Shown in pieces: positions 15,691 through 31,342 of a stretch of DNA of 64,000 nucleotides. Within the stretch, counting starts at the first letter, position 1. Every line of letters starts with the position of its first letter. This DNA comes from the human T2T-CHM13v2.0 reference genome, Homo sapiens. The DNA lies in the NCBI RefSeq assembly GCF_009914755.1, contig NC_060936.1, one strand, 5' to 3'. Under the pieces are notes generated by a model, which was given only the letters and a program-made list of their open reading frames with translations, did not search any database and was not told where the DNA came from. The translations under genes and the position numbers were made by a program.

Positions 15691-16983
15691 GAATCACAGA
15701 TATTCTTATTGGCATCTAGAAAAGAGTGAATCCTTTGTAGAAGGTTTCCAGTTTATTTTGTCCAGATCCATCAAAGGAATCACTATCATGGCAGCTATAG
15801 CCATAAGACTTGAAAGTTGAAATTACTTCTTTATTCATGGGCTGCAGAATGGATGTTGTGTTAGCAAGCACAAAAACATTAATCTCCTTGTACATCTCCA
15901 TCAGAACTCTTGGTGACTCAGTTCATTATCAATGAGTAGTAATGTTTTTAAAGGATCTTTTTTCTTAGCAGTAGTTCTCAACAGTAGACATAAAATATTC
16001 AGTAAACTATACTGTCAACTGATGTGCTGCCATCCAGACTTTGTTGTTTCATTGGTAGGGCACATGCAGAGTAGATATAGCATAATTCTTAAGGGCCTTA
16101 CGATTTTCGGAATGTTAAATGAGCACTGACTTGAACTTTTTCTAGACCCTCACAAGAAAATCAGCCTGTCCTTTGAAGCTTTGAAGCCAGGCATTGACTT
16201 CTCCAGCTGTCAAAGTCCTAGATGGCATGTTCTTTCAATAGAAGGCTGTTGCATCTACATTGAAAATCGGTTGTTTAGTATAGACACCTTCATCAGTGAT
16301 CTTAGCCAGATCTTCTGAAAAACTTGCTGCAGCTTCTCCATCAGCACTTGTTGCTTCACCTTGCACTTTTATGTTATGGAGATGGCTTCTTTCCATAAAT
16401 CTCATGAACCAACCTCTGCTAGTTTCCAACTTTTCTTCTGCCTCTTCCTCACCTCTCTCAGCCTTCGTAGAATTGAAGAGAGTTAGGCCCTTACTCTGGA
16501 TTATGCTTTGACTTAAGGGAATGTTGTTGTGGCTGGTTTGCTCTTCTATCCAGACCACTAAAACCATCTCCATATCAGCAATAAGCCTGTTTCACTTTCT
16601 TATCATGTATATGTTCACTGGAATAGCACTTTTGATTTCCTTCAAGAACTTTTCCTTTGTGTGCACAACTTGGTGCAGGAGGCCTAGCTTTTGGCCTGTC
16701 TCAGCTTTTGACACGCCTTCCTTTCTAAGCTTAATCATTTCTAGCTTTTGATTTACGGTGACAGACATGCAACCCTTTTTTTTACTTGCACACTTAAGAA
16801 GCCATTCTTGGGTTATTAATTGACCTAATTTCACTATTGTTGTGTCTCAAGGAATAAGGAGGCTCAAGGAGAAGGGAGACAGATGGGGGAATAGCTAGTT
16901 GGTGGAGCTGTCACAACACACACATTTATAGATTAAATTTTTCATCTCTTACGAGCACGGTTTGTGGCACCCCAAAACAGTTA

Positions 16984-17322
<339 letters not shown>

Positions 17323-17669
17323 TCATTGATCACAGGTCCCCATAACAGTGAAAAAGTTTGAAATATTGCAAGAATTACCAAAGTGTGACACAGAGACATG
17401 AAGTAAGCACATGCTCTTGGAAAAATGACACCAATAGATTTGCCTGAAGCAGGGTCAATCTGGAAGCAGGGACAAACCTTAAATTTGGAAAAAACACAAT
17501 ATCTACAAAGCCCAATAAAGCAAAGCATGATAAAAATGATATGTACCTGTAGTTACATAGCAGCCCATTTAACCTGTTCTAAGATGTAAATACTATACAC
17601 ATTCAGTGAACAGTTAAATTGTCGTATTAGTTATCAAGCAAAATAAAAAAATAGTTGGCATTATGTGAT

Positions 17670-18631
17670 ACAGTTAGTTGATCCTCAGTATTTGCAAATT
17701 CCTTATTTGTGAATTCACTTACTTGCTAAAATTTATACATAACCCCAAAATCAATACTTGTGGTGCTTTTGTGGTTATTCACAGATATGCACTGACACAG
17801 AGTGGTAAAAACTTAGAATCACCCAGCGCACATATTCCCAGCTGAGATTGAACAAGGCAACACTCTGCCTTCTTGTTTCAGCCCTCATGCTGTAATCGAG
17901 TGTCTGTTTTGCAGTCTATTTAGTGCCGTATTTTTTGTATTTTTGTGCTTTGTTGATTGCAGTATAAGATGGCCCCCTAGTATAATGCTAAAGTGCTGTC
18001 GAGGTGTTCCAAAGGGCAAACAGGCTGTGATGTGCCTTCTGGAGAAAATATGTGTTAGATAAGCTTGATAAGCTTTGTTCAGGCATGAGTTATAGTGCTG
18101 TTGGCTAACTTCAAAGTTAACTAATCGATATATATTAAATGTCTTTTTTTTTTTTTTTGAGATGGCGTTTCGCTCTTTCACCCAGGCTGGAGTGGAATGG
18201 CGTGATCTCAGCTTAATGCAACTTCCCGTCCAGTTTCAAGCTATTCTCCTGCCTCAGCCTCCCAAGTAGCTGCGATTTCAGGCGCCCTCCACCACGCCCA
18301 GCTAATTTTTGTATTTTTGGTAGAGATGGGGTTTCACCATGTTGGCTAGGCTGGTCTCGAACTCTTGACCGTGTGATCCTCCCGCCTTGGCCTCCCAAAG
18401 TGCTGGGATTAGGTGTAAGCCACAGCGCCTGGCCTTAAATATCTTTTAAAAGAAACACACAGAAAATAACGTTCTGTATTGATTAGTTGAGGAAAATGTT
18501 GTGACCATAGGCTCACAGGAACCTAGCCCTATATTTTTCCTGGAGCAATGGTTCAGTATTCACTATTCAGTATTTGGTATAATTCAGCAACTTTATAGAA
18601 CATAACTACCTTGGATAATGATAACCGATTG
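17670..18631 (+). mobile_element. MER82 (Tigger-family non-autonomous element), interrupted by an Alu
   Basis: Matches recalled MER82 consensus (gttgatcctca...ttgctaaaattt...aacaaggc...catagg...cataactacc). Confidence 0.8.
18145..18434 (-). mobile_element. Alu, antisense, inside MER82
   Basis: TSD ttaaat(g/a)tctttt. Confidence 0.93.
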
Positions 18632-19376
18632 TATATAGGTATAAAATGAATCTTGATAACCAGTTTAGTTGAAATGAAGAGCTCAGATTATTTGAGGAGA
18701 TACTGGATGCTTCAGATAATTTTAGAAATTTATAGTATTTATTCAGTTTCAATAGTTATGATAGTGGAAATAATTTTTGAGTCAAAATTAGAAAAAAAAC
18801 AAAGGAAGAGATCCTCTGAGGCTGAACTAAGTTCGTTGAAACGGAAAAGCATTTTGGGTATAAGCCTCAGAGGAGTAAGAAAGAAGGGAATGAGTCTTTA
18901 CTGTTAAAGTTGTAATCAGGTGACAGAGTATAGGAGTCAGGGAGGAAAGTAGCCCTCAAATCAGTCTGGTGATTGGGATTTAGGGAGAGAGTATTGGTAA
19001 GAGTATTCATAAGTATTGAATGGACATTGACAAGTCAGGTTCTTTAACTCAGGAAGCATCCATGTTCTAAATGCAATTGTGTGAAGAAACTTTTAGGAAA
19101 TTTTAAACTGTTTATTGTAGCCTAATGTGCTTTTGAGTTCTATAAATGAGATGGAGCCATTTTCTTTTCAGGATGATGATGATGATAGTCTTAGTAGCAG
19201 TACCATGATATCAGAGGGCCCAGGAAGAATTCTTAAATATACTTTTTCTTTTCTTTCTTTACGGTTTGCATTTTTTAAGCACAAAAGTAATTTTGACTTT
19301 TCTTGTAGGGATCCCACAGTGCCCAATGCAGTGTTTTATGTACATACTGATGAATAAAGAAAATTTTATCTAACGG

Positions 19377-19805
<429 letters not shown>

Positions 19806-19938
19806 TTATAAATTAATTATAATGCATATAATCTTCTATCACTCATGGAAAATGCATGACTAGACTCATGCATACATTAAAATCAGAAAACATTAAGTAC
19901 TGTTTTTTGGCCCGGTGATGAGTTTAATAAGACAGTTT

Positions 19939-20237
19939 TGCTGGGCGTGGTGGCTCACACCTGTAATCCCAGCACTTTGGGAGGCCGAGGTGGGCGGATC
20001 ACGAGGTCAGGAGATGGAGACCACCCTGGCTAACACGGTGAAACCCCGTCTTTACTAAAAATACAAAAAATTAGCTGGGCATGGTGGCAGGTGCCTGTAG
20101 TCCCAGCTACTCAGGAGGCTGAGGCAGGAGAATGGCGTGAACCTGGAAGCCGGAGCATGCAGTGAGCCAAGATCACACCACTGCACTGCAGCCTGGGCAA
20201 CAGAGCAAGACTCTGTCTCAAAAAAAAAAAGAAAAAA
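19939..20237 (+). mobile_element. AluY-like
   Basis: Diagnostic cctggctaacacggtg and gaatggcgtgaacc. Confidence 0.88.
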
Positions 20238-20989
20238 GTTTCTTCTGTCAAGTTTGTTTAATGTTTATATTGTACATCTATACACGCATATGCTTACATA
20301 CACACAGCTGACTTAAATCCTTTTTAGAATAGGGCTGTAAATTAACAATATGCATATTTATGTAACCAGTAGTTGTGGTTTCAGACTTCTCCCTTTCTGA
20401 TTATAAAAACATTCCTTGCATTATTTAAATTTAGAAAGCCACTTAAAAGTATATCTACATTTTTGGATATATTTTTCCAGACAGTTTTCCTGTGCTTTTG
20501 TGATATACACATACATTTTTATTTTTTTCACTTAACAGTGCATTATGAATAGCTTTCCCTGTTATGAATCTGCATCATTATTTTTAGTGACTGTTGTGTA
20601 GAAGTTGCATACTTGTGGTGGAATTTACTTAACCACTTTCCTCTAGTGGGGCATTTAGGCGTCATTTTTTTCCCCAAGGCTTTACTCTTAAACACAACCC
20701 TAGGATGACTGTTATACATACCTGTTTGTGCACATTGCTGATTGTTTTGTAAGACTTTATTCCTGAGAGTGGAATTTCTTTTTTTTTAAACTTGGTGCAT
20801 GTTGCCAATTATTTTCCTGAAACGTATCCACTACATTCTAATCAGTAAATATTTTAAAATTTTTAGTTTGGATAAATGAGCTAAATATTTTGGTCATAAA
20901 TGGTCACTTTTATTGGTCTCCCACAATAGGTATGTTTTAATAAATTGATGGGAATTTGTTTGATAACCACTATTTAGACTTTTCCATCT

Positions 20990-21170
20990 GGGAGGCAGCA
21001 TAGAGTATTGGATATCTTAGAATCAGACAGATTTAGGTTGAATCCCAGCATCTGCACTTATTAGTTATGTGACCTTGGGCATATTTTCCAGTCTCTTTAA
21101 GTCTTGAATAACTCATCTATTAAGGTGAGAATTTTAAGAGAGTTGCTGTGAAGAGCAAACAGGATCATGT
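20990..21170 (+). mobile_element. MIR
   Basis: MIR core ttgaatcccagc...ttattagttatgtgaccttgggca. Confidence 0.7.
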
Positions 21171-21557
21171 ATTTTTTGAAAAGTCCTGGAAGGGGAGTGC
21201 CCTTTTTCTTTCCTTAGTTGTCTTTATGGTCAGAAACCCGGGAAAACAAATGGGGATACCAGAAAAGACACATCATTTCTCTTTGAGTGTTGTGTGGCCC
21301 TAACACAGACCTTGACAGTCATTAGGACTTGATGGTTGTTGATTATAACCAACAATTGGCTGAAAGTGACAGGAACAGCAGGGTTTCCAGATTCCATGCT
21401 GAGTCTGAATATGATGGAGAAAGCTTTTAAGACATAGATCAGCCTTATTTATGGACTTGGATCACTACAAAGGTTCTCCTGCCCATGAATCTTCCCCACT
21501 TTACATTTTGTATTCCCAAGTATGCTGCCTGCACTTATGATGGCATCTGTAGTTTGA

Positions 21558-21928
<371 letters not shown>

Positions 21929-22858
21929 TGAAATTTATCTTCTTTAAAGAGAAACAGTTACAAAGTTAGAGAGGGCTATCACAGTTCTCTTATTACCTGC
22001 TGGGACTACTGTGAGTAATAATAGATTGATTTTGGTCTACTTTAAAGAAACATTAGAGATTTCTGAATATTAGATATTTTAAGAAGTTATTTCCTTTCCT
22101 GCCTTCACACAATATATTTCAACCTGTCACCATTAGTGTGTGTATCAGTCTCTTTTGCTCATTAGTATTCTTTTTGTCTTTAAAAGTCACGCTTTGTAGA
22201 TATCTAAAAAGACCTCATGCCACTTTTTATAGTGCATCTCCCCTTATTTTTGTTCAATGGTATTGCTGATTGCTAGAGTGTAGGGGACCTGCTGAAATGT
22301 ATTATCTCTGCTATTTTTTCATAAGTTTATTATGTAGGATTTACTTTTGACTTATTAGAAAAAATGATTTCAGATATCTGGAGTACAAAGAGGTCCATAT
22401 AAAGCCAGTTTTCAGATGTCTAAATTATGTCTTTAAAGTAAAATAGTTGAGCATTTTGCTGTCGTTTCCATAGCAATATGTCATTTATTTGTAGCTGTGA
22501 CTACTGAAGGCTAAATAGTCATAAAGTCAGTTCGGTCTTTGCAGCTGGTGTGCTTTGATGATAACTTGACTGAGTTATCGCCCCTGTATTTAGTGACTTG
22601 ATATAGGAAGAGTTTAGTCCTTTTAGAGCAAAGCTTTGGCAGTAATCATGCTTTTTGCACATATGGTGTCATTTACCATGTGCTTGGCATATCTTTGCTT
22701 CATAGCTTAGAAATATTTGGAAGGCCTAAGCAGTCTGTTTAGATCCCTGTTAGGACATTTGAGAATTTTATGCAGTTATGAAATCACCACTTAGATTCAG
22801 CATCAAGACAACTTGAAGTGGCAATCCATACGTCAAATGAGGAAAGACTTTTTCGTTA

Positions 22859-23652
<794 letters not shown>

Positions 23653-24084
23653 TATTATTTAAACACCAAAGAAAGGAATTCTGTTCTAATATTTGTGACT
23701 GGCTACTTGCAGACCAAAGAGAAAGTGTAGATGATTTTACATATGTGCCATCACCATCAAAGTAAATGCAACTCAGTGTGCTTGAGCTAAGAATAATCTA
23801 GTTTTGTTTGTTTAAAAATTAGAACTGGTAATTTTTTTTAGGATTGCTATCTTTTAATCCATGAAAGGCTTAGTGTTTTAATGAAATCGTGTAATTTTTA
23901 AATAGTGGAGCTTATTTCTAGTATCCATTTGATAAATGTTTCCATATCAAATTGGAGGTTAAAAAAAAAGACTGCTAAAACTATAGAAAAAGGTCTTGCA
24001 TCCTGAGAACTTGTTTGCAAAAAAAAAAAAAAGAACAAAATAAATTGTTTTAAATTCAGATAGTGAATTTAATTCCAAAAGTTG

Positions 24085-24788
24085 GTATATTAGTTATCTG
24101 TGCTGTGTAACAGATTATAGCATAGCTTCTATTCATTGGGAATTTAAGACTTGCTTAGCTGGGTGGTTCTGGCTCAGAGTCTTTCATGTGCCAGGATGTC
24201 AGCCACAAGCCGAGCATAGTAGCATGTGCCTGTAGTCCCAGTTACTCAGGAGGCTGAGGTGGGAGGTTCACTTAAGCCCAGGAGCCTGAGGCTGTAGAGC
24301 ACTATGATTGCACCTGTGAATACCCACTGCCTTCAGCCAGGGCAACATAAGCAAGACCGCTTCACCAAAGAGAACAAAAGAAAAGATAATCAGCCAGGGC
24401 TGCAGTTATCTGAAGGCTGAACTGAAGCAGCCTGGAGAATCTACTTCCAGGATAACTCACCCCCATGGCAGTTGACAGAAAACTGCAGGTGCTCATTGGC
24501 TGTTGGTAAGAGGACATAGTTTCTCACCACCGGACCTTGCCACAGACTGCTTGTGTGTTTCCATGACATGGTAGCTATCTTCCCCCAGAGAGAGCACTTT
24601 CAGACAGAGCAAGCAGGCAGCTATAGTGCCTTTTATGACCAGTCCTTCAAAGTCATCATACGTGCCACCTTCACATTTTTTTCTATAGAGGTGAGGCATT
24701 GAGCTTAGCCTGCACTTGGGGTGGGGAATTAGTCTCCACCTTTTGAAGGGAGTATCAAAGAATCTATGAAGGTTTTTAAAACCACCAA
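24085..24788 (-). mobile_element. MLT1-family (MaLR) LTR with an inserted Alu monomer (~24205-24385)
   Basis: tattagttatct...gctgtgtaaca, gctgggtggttctggctc, ...ttaaaaccacca; subfamily uncertain. Confidence 0.7.
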
Positions 24789-25378
24789 TGTTGGCCTAAA
24801 AGGGACATGGGATCTATTCAGATTTCCCCCAAATCTTCAAAACTTTCTATAAGTTTACATCGGATCCTAAAGTATCCAAATCAAATTTTTAGAATGCAGA
24901 CCACTGAAGGTCAAATGTAGAATCATAGCATTTTGAGCTGGAAGGGATCTGGTTTTTCATTTATGCAAATGAGAAAACAAAGGCGAAGAGGTTGCATGAC
25001 AGTAGTAGTTGTAATGTCTGTGTGTGTTGTTGGTATTATATTAGCACAAACACCTCAGATCTCTGGACTTTTAGATAGATGCCCCTGTTGTACTGAGGAT
25101 AATGTCCTTGATTTTCTGCATTGGAACTTGGGATTTGATTTTCCCTTCCTTTCTTTTTTGTGTGGAGAACTGGGAACTAGGGCATCAACACTAACTACAC
25201 AATTATCCTCTGGTTCTGTCTTCTCTACAGCTGAAGGAAGAATTTTAATGCAAACATAACTTTTCCCCTCACTTCTAAGAAGCTGACTATTACTCTTCCA
25301 GGAGAGATTTAGTGAGATTATGCTGTGTTCCTTGATATGGCAAAATTCCAGGCAAATGTGTGAAGGAGTGAGCCCTAG

Positions 25379-25805
<427 letters not shown>

Positions 25806-26345
25806 TGAAACCTGCATGAAGTTTGGTTTGATATCTTTAGAATAGTGAGGTAAAACGTGTTTTAGGAAAAATTCTTTTCCTTTTTAGGAAAAATATGAGT
25901 GATTTGACAGTTCTCAGAAAAATTAATTTTGTGACAAGACTGATTGGGGTTCTGCTTATTTTCAGCAATGCATCTTTTCTGATTCACTGCCTTTTGGCTG
26001 TTTGTCTTTACAGTTTGCCTTTGTAGTCATGACCAGTTGTCTTTACCATACCTCCCAGCCTCCTTTTTTCGTGATGAAACTCTTAGAATATTTAAAAATT
26101 TTAGCAGATAGTACACATGCAAAAAATGTTTGAGAATGTTTGTTTTCCACTTTCTAATCAAAATATCTGTTTCAGGTTTTTCTGCAGCTTGGGCAAGGCT
26201 GCCAATGCCAGATGGCACCATTTCTGAGAGAAGAGCTAGCTTTTGCTTAGAAGTAATACCCACAAACAATGCCAAATTAGCATAAGCAAATGTCAGTGAG
26301 TTAACACAAAGCCAACACTCTTTCTATCTTTTCTTTCCTTCCTAG

Positions 26346-26468
26346 GCCATGGGTGTTGAGAGTGACCAGGAAATTGTGCAGATGATTGGAACAGAGGAGC
26401 ACGTGATGGCTGCATTTGGGCCCAGTCTGGAAGAGTGCCAGAAAGCTCAGATTTTCACACAGATGCAG
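26346..26468 (+). CDS. POLR3B: POLR3B exon (probably exon 10, 123 nt): [41 protein letters not shown]
   Basis: Long pyrimidine tract plus cctag| acceptor, CAG|gtgtgt donor; seen in ORF 26349..26531. Confidence 0.96.
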
Positions 26469-26803
26469 GTGTGTCTTTTCATGTTGTCCTTTGCTATGAA
26501 ATGGAATTGGAGACTTAATGCTGCTCATTGATAAAGCTCATCGGATGTGATGGCTTTGGGCTCATAGATTTGGGAAAGGTATTGGGGAGATATGGGAGGA
26601 GTGAAGTTTCTTTAACTCACTTTCGTCAGGTTTGGAGGAAGGAGTTTGCCCAGACAAATTAGGAGCCTATGGTGCCCGACTTAGAATAGGGGATATATGG
26701 CGAAGAGGTGTTTGTTTTGATATAATAGGAAGTACTGTTTTTTTTTCCTTATTTGCCTGAGTGATAATATACTTTTTAAACTATGGCAACTCTCGTGTAC
26801 AGG

Positions 26804-26806
<3 letters not shown>

Positions 26807-26844
<38 letters not shown>
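26807..26844 (+). repeat. (TG)15 microsatellite with an imperfect tail
   Basis: Read directly. Confidence 0.97.
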
Positions 26845-27072
26845 CATGCATTTCTCTTTAATATCTTTTTTTATTCCCTACTTCAGTTGCTTTAGGCATC
26901 CAGTTGTATGTGGTTTCTATTTCTTTTCCTGAATTCCCAGTGCTGCTTTGGACAGCAAGGAAAACCCAGGATCAGTCCCTTTTACTGCTGCAGAGCCTTC
27001 ATTGACCTGCTCAGGCACTCCTGGTTGGACCCTGGGAATTTTAGGGCAAGACTCAAAGATGAAGACTGAGAA

Positions 27073-27074
<2 letters not shown>

Positions 27075-27112
<38 letters not shown>
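27075..27112 (+). repeat. (AC)19 microsatellite
   Basis: Read directly. Confidence 0.97.
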
Positions 27113-27114
<2 letters not shown>

Positions 27115-28297
27115 CATAGTAAAAATAATTGCACTTCCCTTCCCACATGGAGGGAGCCCCAGCAGCCATACTTAGGATTTTAGTCCCATATTTGCAAGTG
27201 CTTTCCTAAGTATAAATCAAAGTTAACATCCCTCATAGCCATCCTGGGAGGTGGGAATTCCCCACTATAGAATCACAACAGACAGTTCTTACCTATCCAC
27301 GTGTACATTGTCTATTCTGTGGGTTATGTATGACATATGTAAACTCTGGGCTGCTTTTTTCTCTTCACCCAGGATGCTTGTAGAGAAAGCATTTCCCACT
27401 TATATCTGTTAGTGTGTATTCTGAAATCAAATCAGTATTGATATTTTTGTAGACTACACTAGATATTTAGGAAGATCGAAATAGGTCAGTATATATATAT
27501 AATTCCAAAGCACAAATCAGTAAGGATTATTCTCATCACCGTCTTCCTCTTTTTCTACAGTTAATTAATAGTTGACTGCAGTTACAGGGCAGGCAGCACC
27601 AGGAAGGGTGGTTTGGATTTAGGAGATTCTATTTTTGGCCTTTATCAAAAATGAAATATTTGGTAGGCATGAATCTTTGTTGTACACTAAAGTTACATTG
27701 TCCAAGGGTTCCAAGAACATGAAGAGAAAACATTAAGAAATATCAAGGAGGCAGAAAATGTAGAATCTACCCTGCAAACAGGAATATTTGGTTCCATTTT
27801 GGGAGATACCCTATTCTTTAATGCTGTGTAGTGCCCTACAAGTTTACCTTAATGGTTCCTCAGTGGCTTCAGTGAAATCCGGTATGCAGTTTATTTCAAA
27901 CATCATCATTGGGGTCAAATAACCCTAGCATTGTAAAGCTGTTTGAGCAGAGCCCAAACAGTAGGTTGGAAAATCATTCATTTATTTCTGTTAAATAGGT
28001 TCTGACAGAAAATGTCAGCTAACTAAATTAGATCAGATTAGTGAGAAGATGGCAGGAAAAGATGGAAGGAAGTTAACATAAGAAAGACAAATGTTCCTTT
28101 TCCTCGAAAGGGAAGTATAACTTTGACAGTGCTCGTACTCTGTGTGCAGGATTAAGGCACATATTAGCTATTGAAACTAATAAAAGGATATAGAGATGCA
28201 AATAACCCAAAATAGTTGGTATGTAGAACATATATTAACAGTTACGAAAACATGAATATTCTATGCTATTCAAAATGAAGATGTAGTAAGTACACTT

Positions 28298-28923
28298 TAT
28301 ATTAGTCTGTTCTCACATTGCTATAAAGAAACACCGAATCAGCCTGGACCACATGATAAGACCCCATCTCTACAAACAATAAAAATAAATTAGCCAGGCG
28401 TGGTGGCAGGCACCAGTGGTCTCAGCTGCTTGGGAGGCTGAGGCAGGAGGATCACTTGAGCCTGAGAGGTCAAGGCTGCAGTGACCCATGATTGTGCCAC
28501 CCCAGCCTGTGTGACAGAGTAAGACCTTTCCTCAAAAAAAGAAATACCTGAGACTGGGTAATTTATAAAGAAAAGAGGTTTAATTGGCTCATGGTTTTGC
28601 AGCCTGTACAGGAACCAAAACCTGCTTCTGGGGAGGCCTCAAGAAGCTTCCAATCATGGCAGAAGGCAAAGGAGGGGGCAAGGTGTCTCATATAGTGGGA
28701 GTGAGAGCAAGAGAGCGTGAGGGAGGAGGGGGTGCCACACACTTTTAAACAACCAGATTGGGAAAACTCACTATCAGGAGGACAGCACCAAGGTGATGGT
28801 GCTAAATCAGACATGAGAAATCCATCCCCATGATCCAGCCACCACCCACCAGGCCCCACCTCCAACAATGGGCACTACAATTTGACGTGAGGTTTGGTAG
28901 GGACACAGATCCAAACCATATCA
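28298..28923 (-). mobile_element. MSTA/MSTB solo LTR (ERVL-MaLR), interrupted by a partial Alu (~28338-28540)
   Basis: Termini tatattagtc...ccaaaccatatca; 5-bp TSD cactt at 28293-28297 and 28924-28928. Confidence 0.9.
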
Positions 28924-29002
28924 CACTTTATTTTATATAATAGAACTTTGGAAGATGTGGCACTTTAATGGATTGCTTAAAACCTGTGGGGTTTTGTTTT
29001 TT

Positions 29003-29341
<339 letters not shown>

Positions 29342-30116
29342 TCATGTATGTTTTACACCATCATTGTCTTGGGCTCTAGTATATAGAGAAGAAAGTACTA
29401 GCTGTAGCGGGGGATAGGAGGCACTAGGCATGTTATCTTGGCCTTTGCATCACAAGGGATACCCTGCTCACCTGTGTTCCTCTATTTCTCCCTCAAACAA
29501 GTGAAAAATTTTAGCCTTTTTCACAAGGAAACTAGAAGGCCAACATTTATTGAAGACAGCTTAGTTGGGGGAAAACTGAACTGCCTATCTACTCATGGTT
29601 CCTGCCAACTGACCTGCTTTCTTCAGTTACTTAGTTACTACTTACTACTAGGTCACTGCAGCAAGTGTTTTCAGGGTTTTAATTTATCTTAAACTTTAAT
29701 GGCCTTTTAATGGGAAAGATTTAGATTTGAAGTCCAAATCTTATCATGGGGACAGAGTTTCATTCAATTCCAAACACTGTACTAATCACTGGGAGTCAAA
29801 GAAAAAGATGACGGAATTCCCACCAACCAAGTCTAGTAGGAAAAACATACATGTAAATAGATCATTAAAACATAATGTGATATGAACAAGAATTAAAATA
29901 TGCAATCCTGAATGCATAAAGAATTAAAACTGCAGAGAAAGAGGAGTGGGGTTAGGAAAGCCTTCGGAGAGGAAGTGATACCTGATCTAGGTTTTGAAGC
30001 ATGAAAAAGGAATTCCCCAAGCAGGTAATTGGACAGGAATTCCAAGTTAAAGAATCAAAGATCCCAGCCTTTTCTTCTGTTAAGCTGAAAGTCTTTTTTT
30101 TTTTAAGTTCATTCTT

Positions 30117-30445
30117 GGCCAGGCATAGTAGGTCACACCTGTTATACTGCCACTTTGGGAGGCCCAGGCAGGAAGATCATTTGAGGCCAAGAGTTGGAGA
30201 CCAGCCTAGGCAACATAGTGAGACCCTGTTTCTACCAAAGGTTTTGTTGTTGTTGTTGTTGTTGTTGTCGTTGTTTTAATTAGCTGGGCATGGTGGCGTG
30301 TGCCTGTAGTTCTGCTACTTGGGAGGCTGAGTGAGGTGGGAGGATTGCCTGAGCCTAGGAGATTGAGGCTGCAGTGAGCTGACATCACACCACTGTACTC
30401 CAGCCTGGGCAACAGAGTGAGACCCTGTCTCAAAAAAAAAAAAAA
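30117..30445 (+). mobile_element. AluJ-like with (GTT)n in the central linker
   Basis: Dimer; linker 30241-30278 is a GTT repeat. Confidence 0.9.
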
Positions 30446-31178
30446 GCACATTGTTGTTCCAAAATAATAAGAACCACATATGCCTCTTCTTTAAACATTG
30501 TTGATTAGGAAAAATTTCAACATATACAAAGTACAGAGAATAGTGTTATAAATGCTCATGTATCCAAGGCCTACCTTCAAAAGTTGTCAACACTCTTACT
30601 TGGTTATTTTAAGTAAATTTATGTACACTAAAATGTACAAATCTTAATTGTATGACTTTACAAGATATAGAATATTTCCTTATCCCACAGAGTTCCCCCT
30701 CATGCCCCTTCCTAGTCAATCTTTACCTCTACTCTCTGATTTTTTTCCCCACTATTCTGATTTTTGCACCGTAGATTAGTTTTGCCAATTACAGAACTTT
30801 ATATATGGAATTAGGCATCATAGTTTAGTGATTTTTGCACCATAGATTAGTTTTACCTATTTTACAGCATTGTGTATGGAATTAGGCCATATATACTCTT
30901 TTGTGTCTAGCTTTTGCTGAGCTTATTGTCTGAGATTCATCCAAGTTATTTCTTTTCATTCCTTTTTATGTCAGTTATCCATGTAGTTCATTTCTTTTTA
31001 TTGCTGAGTAGTATTTCGTTATATGAATATACCACAGTTTATCCTATTGATAGACACTTGGTGTTTCAGTCTTTAGTAATTATAAATAAGACTGTATAAG
31101 CAAATCTTTGTGTGGATGTGTGGACATTTTCATTTCTCATGAATGTGTACCTAAGAATAGAATTGCTGTTAAGGAGCC

Positions 31179-31187
31179 AAGATGGCC
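31179..31187 (+). promoter_or_regulatory. YY1 site of the L1 internal promoter (AAGATGGCC)
   Basis: Intact motif at the canonical L1 5'-end position. Confidence 0.75.
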
Positions 31188-31342
31188 AAATAGGAACAGC
31201 TCCGGTCTACAGCTACCAGCGTGAACGACGCACTAAGACGGGTGATTTCTGCCTTTCCAACTGAGATACCGGGTTCATCTCACTGGGGTGTGCCAGACAG
31301 TGGGTGCAGCGCACCGTGCGTGAGCCAAAGCAGGGCGACGCA

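Noticed and set aside
15716-16834. CENP-B/TIGD-like ORFs as a domesticated transposase gene
   Set aside because: Fragmented Tigger1 transposase inside its terminal repeats and interrupted by insertions.
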